Source: a virus
DNA: 64,000 bases
Direction: 5' to 3' (one strand)
Virus record (IMG/VR): IMGVR_UViG_3300049434_000042
Span: 2,265 to 66,264 of that record
Numbering within the stretch: position 1 is the first letter of the stretch; each line of letters opens with the position of its first letter. A program made the translations under genes and the position numbers. Below, piece by piece: positions 18,818 to 27,635 of the stretch. Under the pieces are notes generated by a model. That model was not told the DNA's origin and searched no databases. It worked only from the letters and a program-made list of their open reading frames with translations.

Positions 18818-19122
18818 TGCTGCCCCTTCGAGGGTTCCCAGCTACCGGGGATGATACGGAGCCGGATGAGCGCGCCGGCGTAGCCGACGGACTCGGTCGG
18901 GTTATCGCGTGCGCGGGCGATGTGTTCGAGGACGCGGGCAGCGATGACGACATAGCGCCGGCGGTGTTCGAGGTCGAGGCGGTCCCATGGCTGGTAGTCG
19001 CCTTCGGCGATGTAGCTGGCTAGGTCGGCGACTTCGGGTAGAGCGTTGACGAGGGCCCCGTCAGGGTCAGGGACGTCGACGATCCGGCTCGCGCCGTTGA
19101 TCGTGAGGGTCACGGTGATCAC
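18814..19122 (-). CDS. Hypothetical protein
   Basis: Coupled by 4-bp overlaps. Confidence 0.6.
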   Translation of the reverse strand: MITVTLTINGASRIVDVPDPDGALVNALPEVADLASYIAEGDYQPWDRLDLEHRRRYVVIAARVLEHIARARDNPTESVGYAGALIRLRIIPGSWEPSKGQQ

Positions 19123-19391
19123 TCGCTATCCCACTCCCTGCCTTCGTCGTTGCGGTGGCGGCCGTGGTGCCCTGCTGGCCGGGTGCAGGTGTAGACGAGC
19201 TTTGTGCCGTTGAGCTCGGGCCCGAATATGGAGTCGAGGCAGGCGATGCTTGCTTGCCGGCTGCAGAGCTGCGCGAGGAGCTCGCGGCTTTGTCGTTGGC
19301 CGGCGTCGAGGCGGATGAGCCGGCGGAGCAGGTATCGAAAGAGGACGAAGTCGAGCAGGGCGTTGGTGATGACTACGACGGCCGTGTTCAC
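19119..19391 (-). CDS. Membrane-anchored protein with C..C..H..H module
   Basis: N-terminal TM; CTRPAGHHGRH. Confidence 0.6.
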   Translation of the reverse strand: MNTAVVVITNALLDFVLFRYLLRRLIRLDAGQRQSRELLAQLCSRQASIACLDSIFGPELNGTKLVYTCTRPAGHHGRHRNDEGREWDSE

Positions 19392-19639
19392 GGCGGCCGC
19401 GGATCCGCCCGGCGCGAGTTGCGGTCTTGCCAGGGCCCGTCACCGATGCGGGTGCCACCACACGCGCAAATCTGCGACCAGTCGCGGAGGTTGACCCATC
19501 CCTGCGTCTGCGCCCGGCATAGGTGCCAGATGCGCGGGACGGGCGCGTCGGCCCATGGGATGCCTCCCCGATGTTCCCATCCGTTCTCGCCGGCGATGAA
19601 CGAGGAGGAGTGCCGGCGGCCCGCGAGGTGGCGGCTCAT
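19388..19639 (-). CDS. Phage hypothetical protein
   Basis: GIPW.DAP.P..WH.C..QT.G..CACG. Confidence 0.65.
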   Translation of the reverse strand: MSRHLAGRRHSSSFIAGENGWEHRGGIPWADAPVPRIWHLCRAQTQGWVNLRDWSQICACGGTRIGDGPWQDRNSRRADPRPP

Positions 19640-19857
19640 GGCCGGCGTCCGTTGCTCGCGTCGCGGGTTCGGTAGGCCTCTGCGAGGAGCTTGCGGACCA
19701 TGAGGGAGAGGTTGCCTTCGGCTTCGACGCCGGCGTCGGCTTTGAGCCGGTCGAGGCCACTGCCGGAGACGCTGATCGTGATGCGTTGTCGGGGGGTCGC
19801 TGTCACATCCGACAGTGTATGAGGTTGCCCGACATTCTCTGCAATCGTATGAGCCAT
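19636..19857 (-). CDS. Ribbon-helix-helix (Arc/CopG-like) DNA-binding protein
   Basis: RQRITISV..LDRLKA.A..GNLSLMVRKLLAEA. Confidence 0.65.
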   Translation of the reverse strand: MAHTIAENVGQPHTLSDVTATPRQRITISVSGSGLDRLKADAGVEAEGNLSLMVRKLLAEAYRTRDASNGRRP

Positions 19858-19883
19858 TTAGCGGCTAGCCGAGGCCCGGGAGG

Positions 19884-19898
19884 GGAACCTACGTTCGA
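19884..19898. promoter_or_regulatory. Candidate LexA (SOS) box
   Basis: GGAAC-CTAC-GTTCGA matches the Gram-positive/actinobacterial GAAC-N4-GTTC box, in a divergent intergenic gap. Confidence 0.55.
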
Positions 19899-19902
19899 GT
19901 GT

Positions 19903-20055
19903 ATGAACGTTTGCGGAGCCGAGGTGTATCCCCTATGCGACCGTGACGCCGGCTGGGAGTGTGTGCTCCCCCCTCATGGGCCCGGCGTTCATCACAGAGA
20001 CCTAGACGGCACCCGGTGGCCCGTCGACGAGCTCGGGCCCGTGTTCCTAGGCTGA
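19903..20055 (+). CDS. Small C..C..H..H protein
   Basis: MNVCGAE..WECVLPPHGPGVHHRD. Confidence 0.5.
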   Translation: MNVCGAEVYPLCDRDAGWECVLPPHGPGVHHRDLDGTRWPVDELGPVFLG

Positions 20056-20059
20056 CCGA

Positions 20060-20245
20060 ATGTCCCCTGACTTGCTGCTGGCCGTGCGGTTCTCCCTAGC
20101 CAACCCTGACCCGCTCGGCGTGGCCCTCTTCCTGCTCGCGATCGCGGGGATCGTGTCCGTGCTCACCGCGCTCTTCCTTAGCCACTTGCCGAGCGACGCG
20201 GAGCAAGCGGAGATAGACGAGGCGACTCGAAGGCTGCGCGGCTGA
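20060..20245 (+). CDS. Small membrane protein
   Basis: Single TM segment. Confidence 0.55.
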   Translation: MSPDLLLAVRFSLANPDPLGVALFLLAIAGIVSVLTALFLSHLPSDAEQAEIDEATRRLRG

Positions 20246-20433
20246 TGGTGTGGGTACAGGTCACCAGCGCGCACCGGTGTGAGATCCCGGATGACTGGCG
20301 GGCGATGGGCCCGGGCTCGATCTGGGAGTGCACATCGTGTGACCGGCAGTGGGTTGTCGGCATGAGTGCGTTGCACTTGCGGCCGCCGAAGTTGATCCGG
20401 TGGGTCGGCCGGATCCTCGGCGAGGACATCTAG
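20245..20433 (+). CDS. Small zinc-binding protein
   Basis: HRC.IP..GSIWEC..CDRQW; TGATG overlap. Confidence 0.6.
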   Translation: MVWVQVTSAHRCEIPDDWRAMGPGSIWECTSCDRQWVVGMSALHLRPPKLIRWVGRILGEDI

Positions 20434-21212
20434 GCCGCTTCGACGGCGACGCTGCCGGGGATGCACGCTGCGGGGTCGAACTCGGCGGCGTACCGGCGGA
20501 AGCGGTAGAGCGGGTTTGTTCGCATGCCGTTGAGCAGGTCACGCTCGTGGAATGGTGTGCCGACGAGCATCACGCGCGTGGGTGGCATGAGCAGGGTGCG
20601 GCGTTCGTCCCACCAGCGGGTACGGACTTTGCGGATGGTCCCGGGGTGTGCCATACCGCCGACTGAGCCAAACCACCAACGGTGTGTGCGTTTGCGGCCG
20701 AGCTCTGTCATGCACCCTTCCTCTTCGAGCACGTCGTCTCCGACGATCCGGTCGGGGTGCGCGCCGCGGACTGCCTTACCTGCGCCAGCGACGGTGACTT
20801 TTGACCCGTTCGCGAACTCGATTTCGGTCATGTTGTCGACGAATGCGGTAGCAACCATCCACGGGGCGACGAGCTCCATGGTCGCTTTGATATTCGCGAG
20901 GAGCGCTTTGGCCTGGTCGAGGGTGGCCGAGAAGATGTAGGTCCATAGGCCGGGTGTGTTCAGGGACTCCCAAACGGTGCCGTTGACGGCGATCGTTGCG
21001 GACTTCCCGTGCTCGCGGGGGGCGATGATGCACCCTCGTGACCACGTCATAGCCAGTTCGCACCACTCCCAGTGAAACGGGGCGAGCTCGTAGCCGAGGC
21101 GCCGTTCGGCCCAGACGCCGAGGTGAGCTCGGCAGGCTAACGCTTCCGCTTCGGCCGCGGTGAGGTCCATCAGCGCGGGGTGTAGGCCTCCGCCGTCCGC
21201 GTAGGGCGGCAC
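20430..21212 (-). CDS. terL: Terminase large subunit, ATPase half only
   Basis: Walker A APREHGKS; SATLDQA; IEFANGS; VRGAHPDRIVGDD (Walker B); motif III VGTPFHERDL; stops before the nuclease domain. Confidence 0.88.
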   Translation of the reverse strand: MPPYADGGGLHPALMDLTAAEAEALACRAHLGVWAERRLGYELAPFHWEWCELAMTWSRGCIIAPREHGKSATIAVNGTVWESLNTPGLWTYIFSATLDQAKALLANIKATMELVAPWMVATAFVDNMTEIEFANGSKVTVAGAGKAVRGAHPDRIVGDDVLEEEGCMTELGRKRTHRWWFGSVGGMAHPGTIRKVRTRWWDERRTLLMPPTRVMLVGTPFHERDLLNGMRTNPLYRFRRYAAEFDPAACIPGSVAVEAA

Positions 21213-21215
21213 TGG

Positions 21216-21572
21216 TTACCGCTGCCGTTCGTAGCCGCACGCGCACCGGTCAAACGTCGGGTAGCGGGTTATGAGGTGGGTCGGGTGTAGGCAGGTGCGG
21301 GCGATGATGGTGGCGCCGAGCGCGGGATTGGGTGACTTCCAGCGGCGGGCTTCGGGTGGGTGCCCGTTGGTGCTGGCCAGTTCGCGTCGGGTGAGGCCGA
21401 GCGCGTCGACGAGCTGCGGGAGTGTCAATCCGCTGGTAGATATTACTGCGATTGCCTCACGGAGCCACGCGGAAGGCGACAGTGCGTCGCGTGCGGCCAT
21501 GGCTTCGAGGGTGGTGTGTATCTCGGGTGGTGCCCGAAAGGACAATGGTTTGTGTGTAGCCGCGCCAGACAT
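21216..21572 (-). CDS. RHH-type DNA-binding protein with C-terminal Cys/His motif
   Basis: KPLSFRAP..L.AMAA...SPSAWLREAI; CLHP..CACG. Confidence 0.6.
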   Translation of the reverse strand: MSGAATHKPLSFRAPPEIHTTLEAMAARDALSPSAWLREAIAVISTSGLTLPQLVDALGLTRRELASTNGHPPEARRWKSPNPALGATIIARTCLHPTHLITRYPTFDRCACGYERQR

Positions 21573-21619
21573 AGCGCGGAGACTACCTGCAGTAATACGG
21601 GATTACCTGCAGCTAGCAG

Positions 21620-21847
21620 CTATTCGATGATTCGCAGGGCCCGCGCCTGATTGTGAAGTCGTTGGACGTAGCCCTTCGTGACGAGTTGCGAGATCAGCGC
21701 GGCCGCGGACGAGGTCGAGGAAACACCGGTGAGGCGGGCGAGCTCGCGCACGGTGGGCACCATGTGGACGGTGCGGATGTACTCGCGCAGCGCGTCGAGC
21801 ATTACCTGCTGACGGGGGGTGAGCTTCGGGCGTTCAGCGGTGTTCAC
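21620..21847 (-). CDS. LexA N-terminal DNA-binding domain protein (no peptidase domain)
   Basis: LTPRQ..ML..LREYI....PTVRELA..GVSSTSS..L..KGY..R...ARAL. Confidence 0.85.
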   Translation of the reverse strand: MNTAERPKLTPRQQVMLDALREYIRTVHMVPTVRELARLTGVSSTSSAAALISQLVTKGYVQRLHNQARALRIIE

Positions 21848-22035
21848 TGGGGGGCCTCCTGCTCGACGAGCCCGCACTTCCGAGCGTGGAGCCCGGGGTC
21901 TAGCTGGCCATAGATCTCGGTCCGGGCTGCAGTGTTAGGCGGGTACTGGCAGGGCCCGCAGCAGTGGCTTTGACCGGGCCAGCGCGGTCGCTCGCAGCCG
22001 GGGGTGACACACGGGAGGGCCGTGGAGTCGCTCAC
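21844..22035 (-). CDS. Small Cys-rich protein
   Basis: C.TPGC..HCCGPC..H..C. Confidence 0.5.
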   Translation of the reverse strand: MSDSTALPCVTPGCERPRWPGQSHCCGPCQYPPNTAARTEIYGQLDPGLHARKCGLVEQEAPQ

Positions 22036-22139
22036 ACGTTCGAGACTAACTCACCTACGTGCACTTAGGTACACCAATAGGAGTAGGCCGAGCTCGCCAC
22101 ACGCGACGGTGACCGCGCCGACGAGGAGTAGGTGTGCGG

Positions 22140-22637
22140 TCATTCGGGCTCGGTCCCGGTGCGGGGTAGCGCGCGGTGCAGCCGGAGAGCCATTTCGCGG
22201 ACGGATCCGGGCGCGGTGAAGTCTTCGGGGGGCAGCACTTCGGCCAGCGTGCGGGTAGTGACTTGCTGGTCGGCGCCGGGGGTGTCGAGCTGCAGGATCA
22301 CGGGACGGTCTAGGCCGTTGAGCTGCCGGCGTGAGCGCTCGATCTCGACGAGGACGCGCATAGCGGGGACGTTGCCATGCTCAGCCTCTCGCCAGGCGAT
22401 GCGCCAGACCTCGTCGAGTCGGAGGTTGGACGCTTTGCGCTGTACGGCGATCGCGTCGGGCTCGGGCGCTTTCCCGTAGAACTGCTGGACGAGGCGGTAC
22501 GCGTTGCCGGGGTTGCCGAGGCGCAGTTTGTCGGCGATCTGCCGGTAGGACAGTCCGCGGAGGTGCAGGGCCCCGGCGTCAGCACGGCGTTTATCTGCGC
22601 GCTGGCGCCGGGACTCGGGTCGAGGGGTGTCAGGCAA
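22140..22637 (-). CDS. Putative terminase small subunit (HTH)
   Basis: LRGLSYRQIA..AY; RLD.VW..AW..A..GN..A..IE..R..LNGLD.P pattern of actinophage TerS-like proteins; TTG start inferred. Confidence 0.6.
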   Translation of the reverse strand: MPDTPRPESRRQRADKRRADAGALHLRGLSYRQIADKLRLGNPGNAYRLVQQFYGKAPEPDAIAVQRKASNLRLDEVWRIAWREAEHGNVPAMRVLVEIERSRRQLNGLDRPVILQLDTPGADQQVTTRTLAEVLPPEDFTAPGSVREMALRLHRALPRTGTEPE

Positions 22638-23198
22638 CGGGGTCCTAGACGTCGCCGTAAGAGCCGCGGTAGTGCGCACCGTGGGTTTCGATCGGGAGCT
22701 CGGTGCCATCGGATCCGTCGCCGGCGTAGCTGACAGCGGGAGAAGCCTCGTCGGTGCCGGTGCTGGCCGGTGCGCTGTGAGCACCGGTGTCGGTATCGCT
22801 GCGGGTCGAGGCCTTGCGGCTGTCGTCGCCGGCGTCGTGGTCGGAGGTGCGGCGGGTGGTCCGGGTGTCTGTCATACCGCGGATACTAAGCGTCAGCACC
22901 GGGCCTAACGGTGAGTTGACCACGACGGGCCGGAGTAGGTGCCTACGTCCGGGCTCGTCGGGTGGTGTTGCCTGTACGGCGTGGGTCACGGGGTGACGGT
23001 GTCAGGGTGCTGGCCGGGACTGGTCGCGGGGTGGTCGTCCGGCGTGGGCGGTTCGGCCCAGTGGCGGCCGCGTTTGATCCCGCCGGAGTCCCTCTCGAAA
23101 CACAGTTGATCGTAGATAGGGGTCGGTTGGTCGGGCCCGACAACCACGCGTCGATCCTTTCCAGCGCGGCCGCTAGTCGATCATCCATACCCGGATAA

Positions 23199-23870
23199 CT
23201 AGGCTCGGGGGTGATCCGTCGCGCGTGGCCCCCATTGTGGTTCGTCAGGGGGCGGTAGGCGTCGGCCGGGGGAGTCGGCTAGGACCACGGTCGAGGGGGA
23301 GTGTAGGAGCTCGATCTGCAGGCTCATGGTGCTCTCACCGGTGCCGACGAGGGCCCAGTGCGACGGCTGGTAGGGGATCCGTTCGACGGAGTACGGCAGG
23401 TACAGGGGATGTTTGGGGGTGCCGTTCTGATTGATCCCTACGCATGAGAGCCGGTCGGCGTGGCGGGACTGGCGGATGAGCTCTAACACTCGGGAGGCCC
23501 TGCCGGCGACGAGGTGAGCGGCCGCGTTGCCGTTGCCCCATCCGACGATGATGTCGCCGACGCGTGGGTCGGCCAGCGTGTACCGGATCCACTGGTCGTT
23601 GAGATCACCGATCGCCTCGACGCGAAGCAGGCCCTCGGGTTTGGTGGCGCGGTAGGCAAAGAGGTTGAGCAGGATCACCCCGCCGTATCCCCATTGGTCG
23701 GCCAGCATGCGGCATTTCACGAGGGTGGGATCGTTGATCTTCGCGTCGGCGGTTGAGGGGTTGAGCAGGATCCATACGAGGATCGGCCGGCTGGTATCCC
23801 ATATGCGGGTGAGGGTGTAGCGGTAGAGCGGCCGCGGTTCCTCGTGGGAGAGCTCAGCTTCGGCGATCAC
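23199..23870 (-). CDS. DUF1643 family protein
   Basis: YRYTLTR.W..LNPSTAD..DPT..C..WGYG..NLFAYRAT.P..GWG..PKHPLY. Confidence 0.88.
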   Translation of the reverse strand: MIAEAELSHEEPRPLYRYTLTRIWDTSRPILVWILLNPSTADAKINDPTLVKCRMLADQWGYGGVILLNLFAYRATKPEGLLRVEAIGDLNDQWIRYTLADPRVGDIIVGWGNGNAAAHLVAGRASRVLELIRQSRHADRLSCVGINQNGTPKHPLYLPYSVERIPYQPSHWALVGTGESTMSLQIELLHSPSTVVLADSPGRRLPPPDEPQWGPRATDHPRA

Positions 23871-24196
23871 GGGCCACCTACCGGGATGTAGGGCGAGCAG
23901 GCCTCACAGAGTCGAATGATCGGCCCGCGGGGACCGAGGCGGGCGAGCCACGTCGCGGTGTAAATGACGTGTTCGGGCTCTCCCCCTCGGCTGGTGAGGT
24001 GGTATCCGAGGGGGGTCACGCAGCCGTAGCAGCGGGCCCGGTCGACGGCTCCGATGAGCTCGTCGAGGGCTTCGCCGAAGGGACCGAGGAGACCTTCGTA
24101 GTCGGCGTGGATCCGGTTAGAGTCGATCAGCGGGGGAGTCTCGACGGCCAGATACTCAATCCACAAGATCCGGGGATCGTCAGCGCGGCCGATCAT
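23867..24196 (-). CDS. Hypothetical zinc-binding protein
   Basis: CYGC and CEAC; coupled overlaps. Confidence 0.6.
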   Translation of the reverse strand: MIGRADDPRILWIEYLAVETPPLIDSNRIHADYEGLLGPFGEALDELIGAVDRARCYGCVTPLGYHLTSRGGEPEHVIYTATWLARLGPRGPIIRLCEACSPYIPVGGP

Positions 24197-24387
24197 AGGG
24201 GCACCTTCGAGATCTGCGTGTCGCGGTAGATCGCCATTTGAGCGGTAGCCGCGGCGAAGTGGGCTTGTGAGGCGAGCAGGGCCTCGACGACGGGTGGCCC
24301 GGAGGCGAGCTCGTGAGCGGCCGCGAGGTATTCCTCCCCACGCCGGTAGTGCCCTTGAGCGGATAGGCCGCGGATTCGGTCACTCAT
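24193..24387 (-). CDS. Hypothetical protein
   Basis: ATGA overlaps. Confidence 0.55.
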   Translation of the reverse strand: MSDRIRGLSAQGHYRRGEEYLAAAHELASGPPVVEALLASQAHFAAATAQMAIYRDTQISKVPL

Positions 24388-24929
24388 CGGAGCTCACTGA
24401 TTTGCTTCGCAAGGTACGCGGCGGGGTTGTCAGCGACGGCAGCGAAGTTACGGGTGCCGGCGTCGAGGAGGTAGCCGAGGACGTACGCAGGGTCGCGGTC
24501 GGAGTGCATGGCGATGTAGGAGCCGATGCGGTAACGCAGGGCGCCGTAGGCCTCACTGGTGCGGATCTCGGCTGCGACGTCGGCGTCGAAGAGTCCGCTG
24601 AGTGCGTGCTCGATCTGCTGGTCGAGGTTGCGCGCCGGTCGGGCAGTGTTGACTTTGCCGGCAGTCGTCATGCCGCGGGCTTCGATGACGACGGGATCCG
24701 GCGCCGGTTGGTCGGTGCCGAGCAGCTCTTGCCACGCTTTGCGCTCGGCGGGGATCATGTCGTCTGCCATTCCGGCGGCCGCGAAACCGCGGATCTCGGC
24801 GAGTTTCGCGTGCACGCCGGCGATCTGGACTCTGACGTCGATCGAGAGCTTATCCATGTCGGCGCCGAGGGCGATGCCAGTCAGGATCGCTTCGGCTTGT
24901 GCGAAGTGTTCGGCCGCGTATCTGCTCAC
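24384..24929 (-). CDS. Hypothetical protein
   Basis: GGAGGAG RBS. Confidence 0.65.
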   Translation of the reverse strand: MSRYAAEHFAQAEAILTGIALGADMDKLSIDVRVQIAGVHAKLAEIRGFAAAGMADDMIPAERKAWQELLGTDQPAPDPVVIEARGMTTAGKVNTARPARNLDQQIEHALSGLFDADVAAEIRTSEAYGALRYRIGSYIAMHSDRDPAYVLGYLLDAGTRNFAAVADNPAAYLAKQISELR

Positions 24930-24994
24930 GATGAGACTCCTCCGTGCTTTGGGGCGGGTGACCCGTCGGCCACCTCACCACCAATAGTACAGAG

Positions 24995-25552
24995 TTAGGG
25001 GGTCGCTACACAATACGAGGCGATTTGTGCCAGGGTCCGCTGGTCTCGGTCCGTGGTGGGCAGGGTGATGCGGTACTCGACGAGTACTGCTGCCCACCGT
25101 TGCTCGTACCAGCATCGGGCACCGACGTCGGGGGGGAGGTAGTCGGCGGGCCCGCGTTCGCCCTTCGAGCGGTTCTCGTGGACGGAGGTAAGGACGAGGT
25201 TTGTAGGGTCGTTGGCGAACGATTGGCGCTGTCTAGGTGTCCACTTGTCGGCACCGTGGCGCCACATCCAAGCGCGGGGGACGATCTCGTCGACGTCGAC
25301 GTTCGACCTGCCGTTGACGGTCTGTCCGGTGTAGGGGTCGGTGATGGTGACGTCGAGGACGCGCGGGGGGCACGGTCCGGGCATGGCGAGGAGCTCTTCG
25401 CGGGTGTTGCAGCCGTCGTGGTCCTCATCAGCCCATTTCGCGCCGAACTTATCGCGGGAGTAGCCGCCGTGGTCGACGAGCGGGAGGAAGCCTGCAGCGA
25501 CGGTCAACGCGGCCGCGACGGCGCCGGCGACGATGGTTGCGGGTTTAGTCAT
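24995..25552 (-). CDS. Secreted HNH nuclease-family protein (DUF1524-like); catalytic His apparently replaced
   Basis: Signal peptide; YSR..FG..W.D.D.DGCNTRE.L; DPYTG; VDVDEIVP; FANDP.NL; NRSKG..P. Confidence 0.8.
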   Translation of the reverse strand: MTKPATIVAGAVAAALTVAAGFLPLVDHGGYSRDKFGAKWADEDHDGCNTREELLAMPGPCPPRVLDVTITDPYTGQTVNGRSNVDVDEIVPRAWMWRHGADKWTPRQRQSFANDPTNLVLTSVHENRSKGERGPADYLPPDVGARCWYEQRWAAVLVEYRITLPTTDRDQRTLAQIASYCVATP

Positions 25553-25853
25553 GCTCGCGATGTTCTCGCGGATCTGGCGGGTACTGGTGGTCGACACACA
25601 GCACGGCGACGGCTAGCGCCATCGTTGGGTGATCTGCGCCGAGCGATCCGCCGACGCCGGACAATCTTCGGTGTTCCGCGGCAGTGGCCAGCACCGCGGC
25701 GATGGCGACTCCGAGCGGGCCCGGGAACCGCTGCTCGGCGGCGTGGCTGGCGTCGCGGTAGAGCTGCAGGACGCTAGTGCGGTGGGATATGTGCCTAGTC
25801 GCGTCGTGGGTCAGGCCGAGCAGTCGGGCTAGCGCATCATTCTCGGTGCTCAT
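25545..25853 (-). CDS. Hypothetical protein
   Basis: ATGA overlap. Confidence 0.5.
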   Translation of the reverse strand: MSTENDALARLLGLTHDATRHISHRTSVLQLYRDASHAAEQRFPGPLGVAIAAVLATAAEHRRLSGVGGSLGADHPTMALAVAVLCVDHQYPPDPREHREHD

Positions 25854-25883
25854 GTACGCGGCCGGTACTCGTGGTCGACACAC
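25580..25883. repeat. 19/20-bp direct repeat GGTACT(G/C)GTGGTCGACACAC
   Basis: Copies at 25580-25599 and 25864-25883. Confidence 0.8.
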
Positions 25884-26248
25884 GCTGGCCACCATGCCCG
25901 GCAGTCCGAAGCTGCGCCGGAGCTGACTCGGGGGAATGCGCGGGGTGTGTTTCGTTCGGCAGCCGGCGACTGATAGTGGCATTTCGGGTAGTCGTTGGAG
26001 GTGCCGCGGTTGGTGCTGGTGCGGTGGAAGCGGCAGTTTCCGCAGCGTCGGCCCGGGGAGCTCGGTTCCGGCGCGGCCGCTTCGACGTGCAGGGGGAGGT
26101 AGCGGCCGGCGACGTGCCCGGACAGTGGGTGCACGCCGGAGCGGATCCGGGTGCTTTGCACTTCGGTGAGGCGCCGGCCCGGGGACTGTTTCGCCGGCGG
26201 GGACACCCGGGCCATGCCGAAGAGCGCCGGCTGATCGTCGTTGGCCAT
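25850..26248 (-). CDS. Actinophage hypothetical Cys-rich protein
   Basis: G.HPL..CGNC..YPKC..SD.RAWWPAC. Confidence 0.7.
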   Translation of the reverse strand: MANDDQPALFGMARVSPPAKQSPGRRLTEVQSTRIRSGVHPLSGHVAGRYLPLHVEAAAPEPSSPGRRCGNCRFHRTSTNRGTSNDYPKCHYQSPAAERNTPRAFPRVSSGAASDCRAWWPACVDHEYRPRT

Positions 26249-26251
26249 GGG

Positions 26252-26647
26252 TCAGTCCGGGCTATGCGCGGTGAAGTCGCCGGAGTCGTCGCGGATGGGT
26301 TGGCCACCCATGGCGCAGTAGGCGCGTCGGACGTCGTCGATGGCTACCTCGTTATTGATCGTCCCGTTGGGGTCGTGGCCGATCGCGGCGCGGAAGAGCC
26401 GAACGTCGTACCGGAGGCTCGCGATGGTGTCGGTGTAGCCACGGTCGAGGCCGACGGCTAGCTCGTAGTCGGGGAGCTCGACCTCGACGACGGGCCCGGC
26501 TTCGGCTAGCAGGTTGTCCCATGAGAGGCCACGGCCGCGAATCCACCACCAGCCGTTATCGCGGCTGGCTATCTGGCCTCGACGAGTGAGGACGTGGGCG
26601 ACGTTCGCGATCTCGGGGGTGCCGGCCTTAAATACGCGGGGTCTCAT
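26252..26647 (-). CDS. Hypothetical protein
   Basis: ATGA overlap. Confidence 0.6.
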   Translation of the reverse strand: MRPRVFKAGTPEIANVAHVLTRRGQIASRDNGWWWIRGRGLSWDNLLAEAGPVVEVELPDYELAVGLDRGYTDTIASLRYDVRLFRAAIGHDPNGTINNEVAIDDVRRAYCAMGGQPIRDDSGDFTAHSPD

Positions 26648-27411
26648 GCGCGGACCTGCTCTTCGATTTCGGCTAGTCCGATGAGGGCTGCGTCGAGGCT
26701 TGTGCATTGCGTGGCTGCGCGCCGGCCGAGGTCGACCGGGACGCCGTTGCGGTCTTGTGCGCGGCGGGCGACGGCGTCGAGGGTCTCTTTGATCCCGGGG
26801 ATGATCTCGCGTAGAGCGGTGATGTGGCCGATCGCAATGGTTACGTGGTCGTCGTGGCCGGTGTGGTGGTGACGGTCGGCCCAGGAGTGGCCTCTCGTGC
26901 TGTCTCGGTGCCAGGTGGGCGGCACAGTGGCGTAGGAGACGTGGCCGGGCTCGCGGTCGCAGGTCCAGCCGTAGTCGGTGTGGATTTGCCCGCAGCGGTT
27001 CTCGGTGTCGATGGTCTCGGCTAGGCGGATCGTGGCGTGTAGGGCGCTCGCGCGGACGCGGCCGGCGATGATGTCGGCGGAGGGTGGCTCTTCGCTGACG
27101 GTGCCGAAGCGGTCGGTGATCTCGTCGCTGCTAAGGATGAGGATCCATCGGTCGGAGTATTCCTCGTCGCCGTTCGGGTCGTCGCGTCGGAAGTCGAGCC
27201 CGGATCCGGTGTAAACGGTGTCGACGCCGGCGGGGATCTCTTCGCCGGGGCCCCACGTCCGGGGGTAGATGCCGAGGCCGCGGAGGGCTTGCCGGGCCAT
27301 GGCCTGTAGGGCGTTGCGGCTCTTCCCGTAGGGCATGTCTTGCACTTCGGGGGTGTCGCCCCACGCGGTGACGATCTGGTCGACGAGTTGGTCTTCGGAC
27401 AGTCGGGTCAT
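26644..27411 (-). CDS. Hypothetical protein
   Basis: GGAGG RBS; contains C..C..H..H module. Confidence 0.65.
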   Translation of the reverse strand: MTRLSEDQLVDQIVTAWGDTPEVQDMPYGKSRNALQAMARQALRGLGIYPRTWGPGEEIPAGVDTVYTGSGLDFRRDDPNGDEEYSDRWILILSSDEITDRFGTVSEEPPSADIIAGRVRASALHATIRLAETIDTENRCGQIHTDYGWTCDREPGHVSYATVPPTWHRDSTRGHSWADRHHHTGHDDHVTIAIGHITALREIIPGIKETLDAVARRAQDRNGVPVDLGRRAATQCTSLDAALIGLAEIEEQVRA

Positions 27412-27635
27412 CGGTTACCTCCGGGTGGGTTGATCGCGGTCAGGCAGGACGGGCAGGCGAGGTCGTCGGGTAGGGCTGGTCGGAGCTCCATCAGTGGGAT
27501 GTCGGTGTTTGGGTCGGCGCAGTAGGTCATTGCGGTGGCAGCGAATAGGAGGCGCACGCAGTGGGAGATCACTGGCAGGCCGGCTCGTTTGTCGCACCAC
27601 CAGTGACCCTCGATGGTTGGGTGCACTACTTCCAC
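27408..27635 (-). CDS. Small Cys-rich protein
   Basis: Coupled; CPSC. Confidence 0.5.
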   Translation of the reverse strand: MEVVHPTIEGHWWCDKRAGLPVISHCVRLLFAATAMTYCADPNTDIPLMELRPALPDDLACPSCLTAINPPGGNR

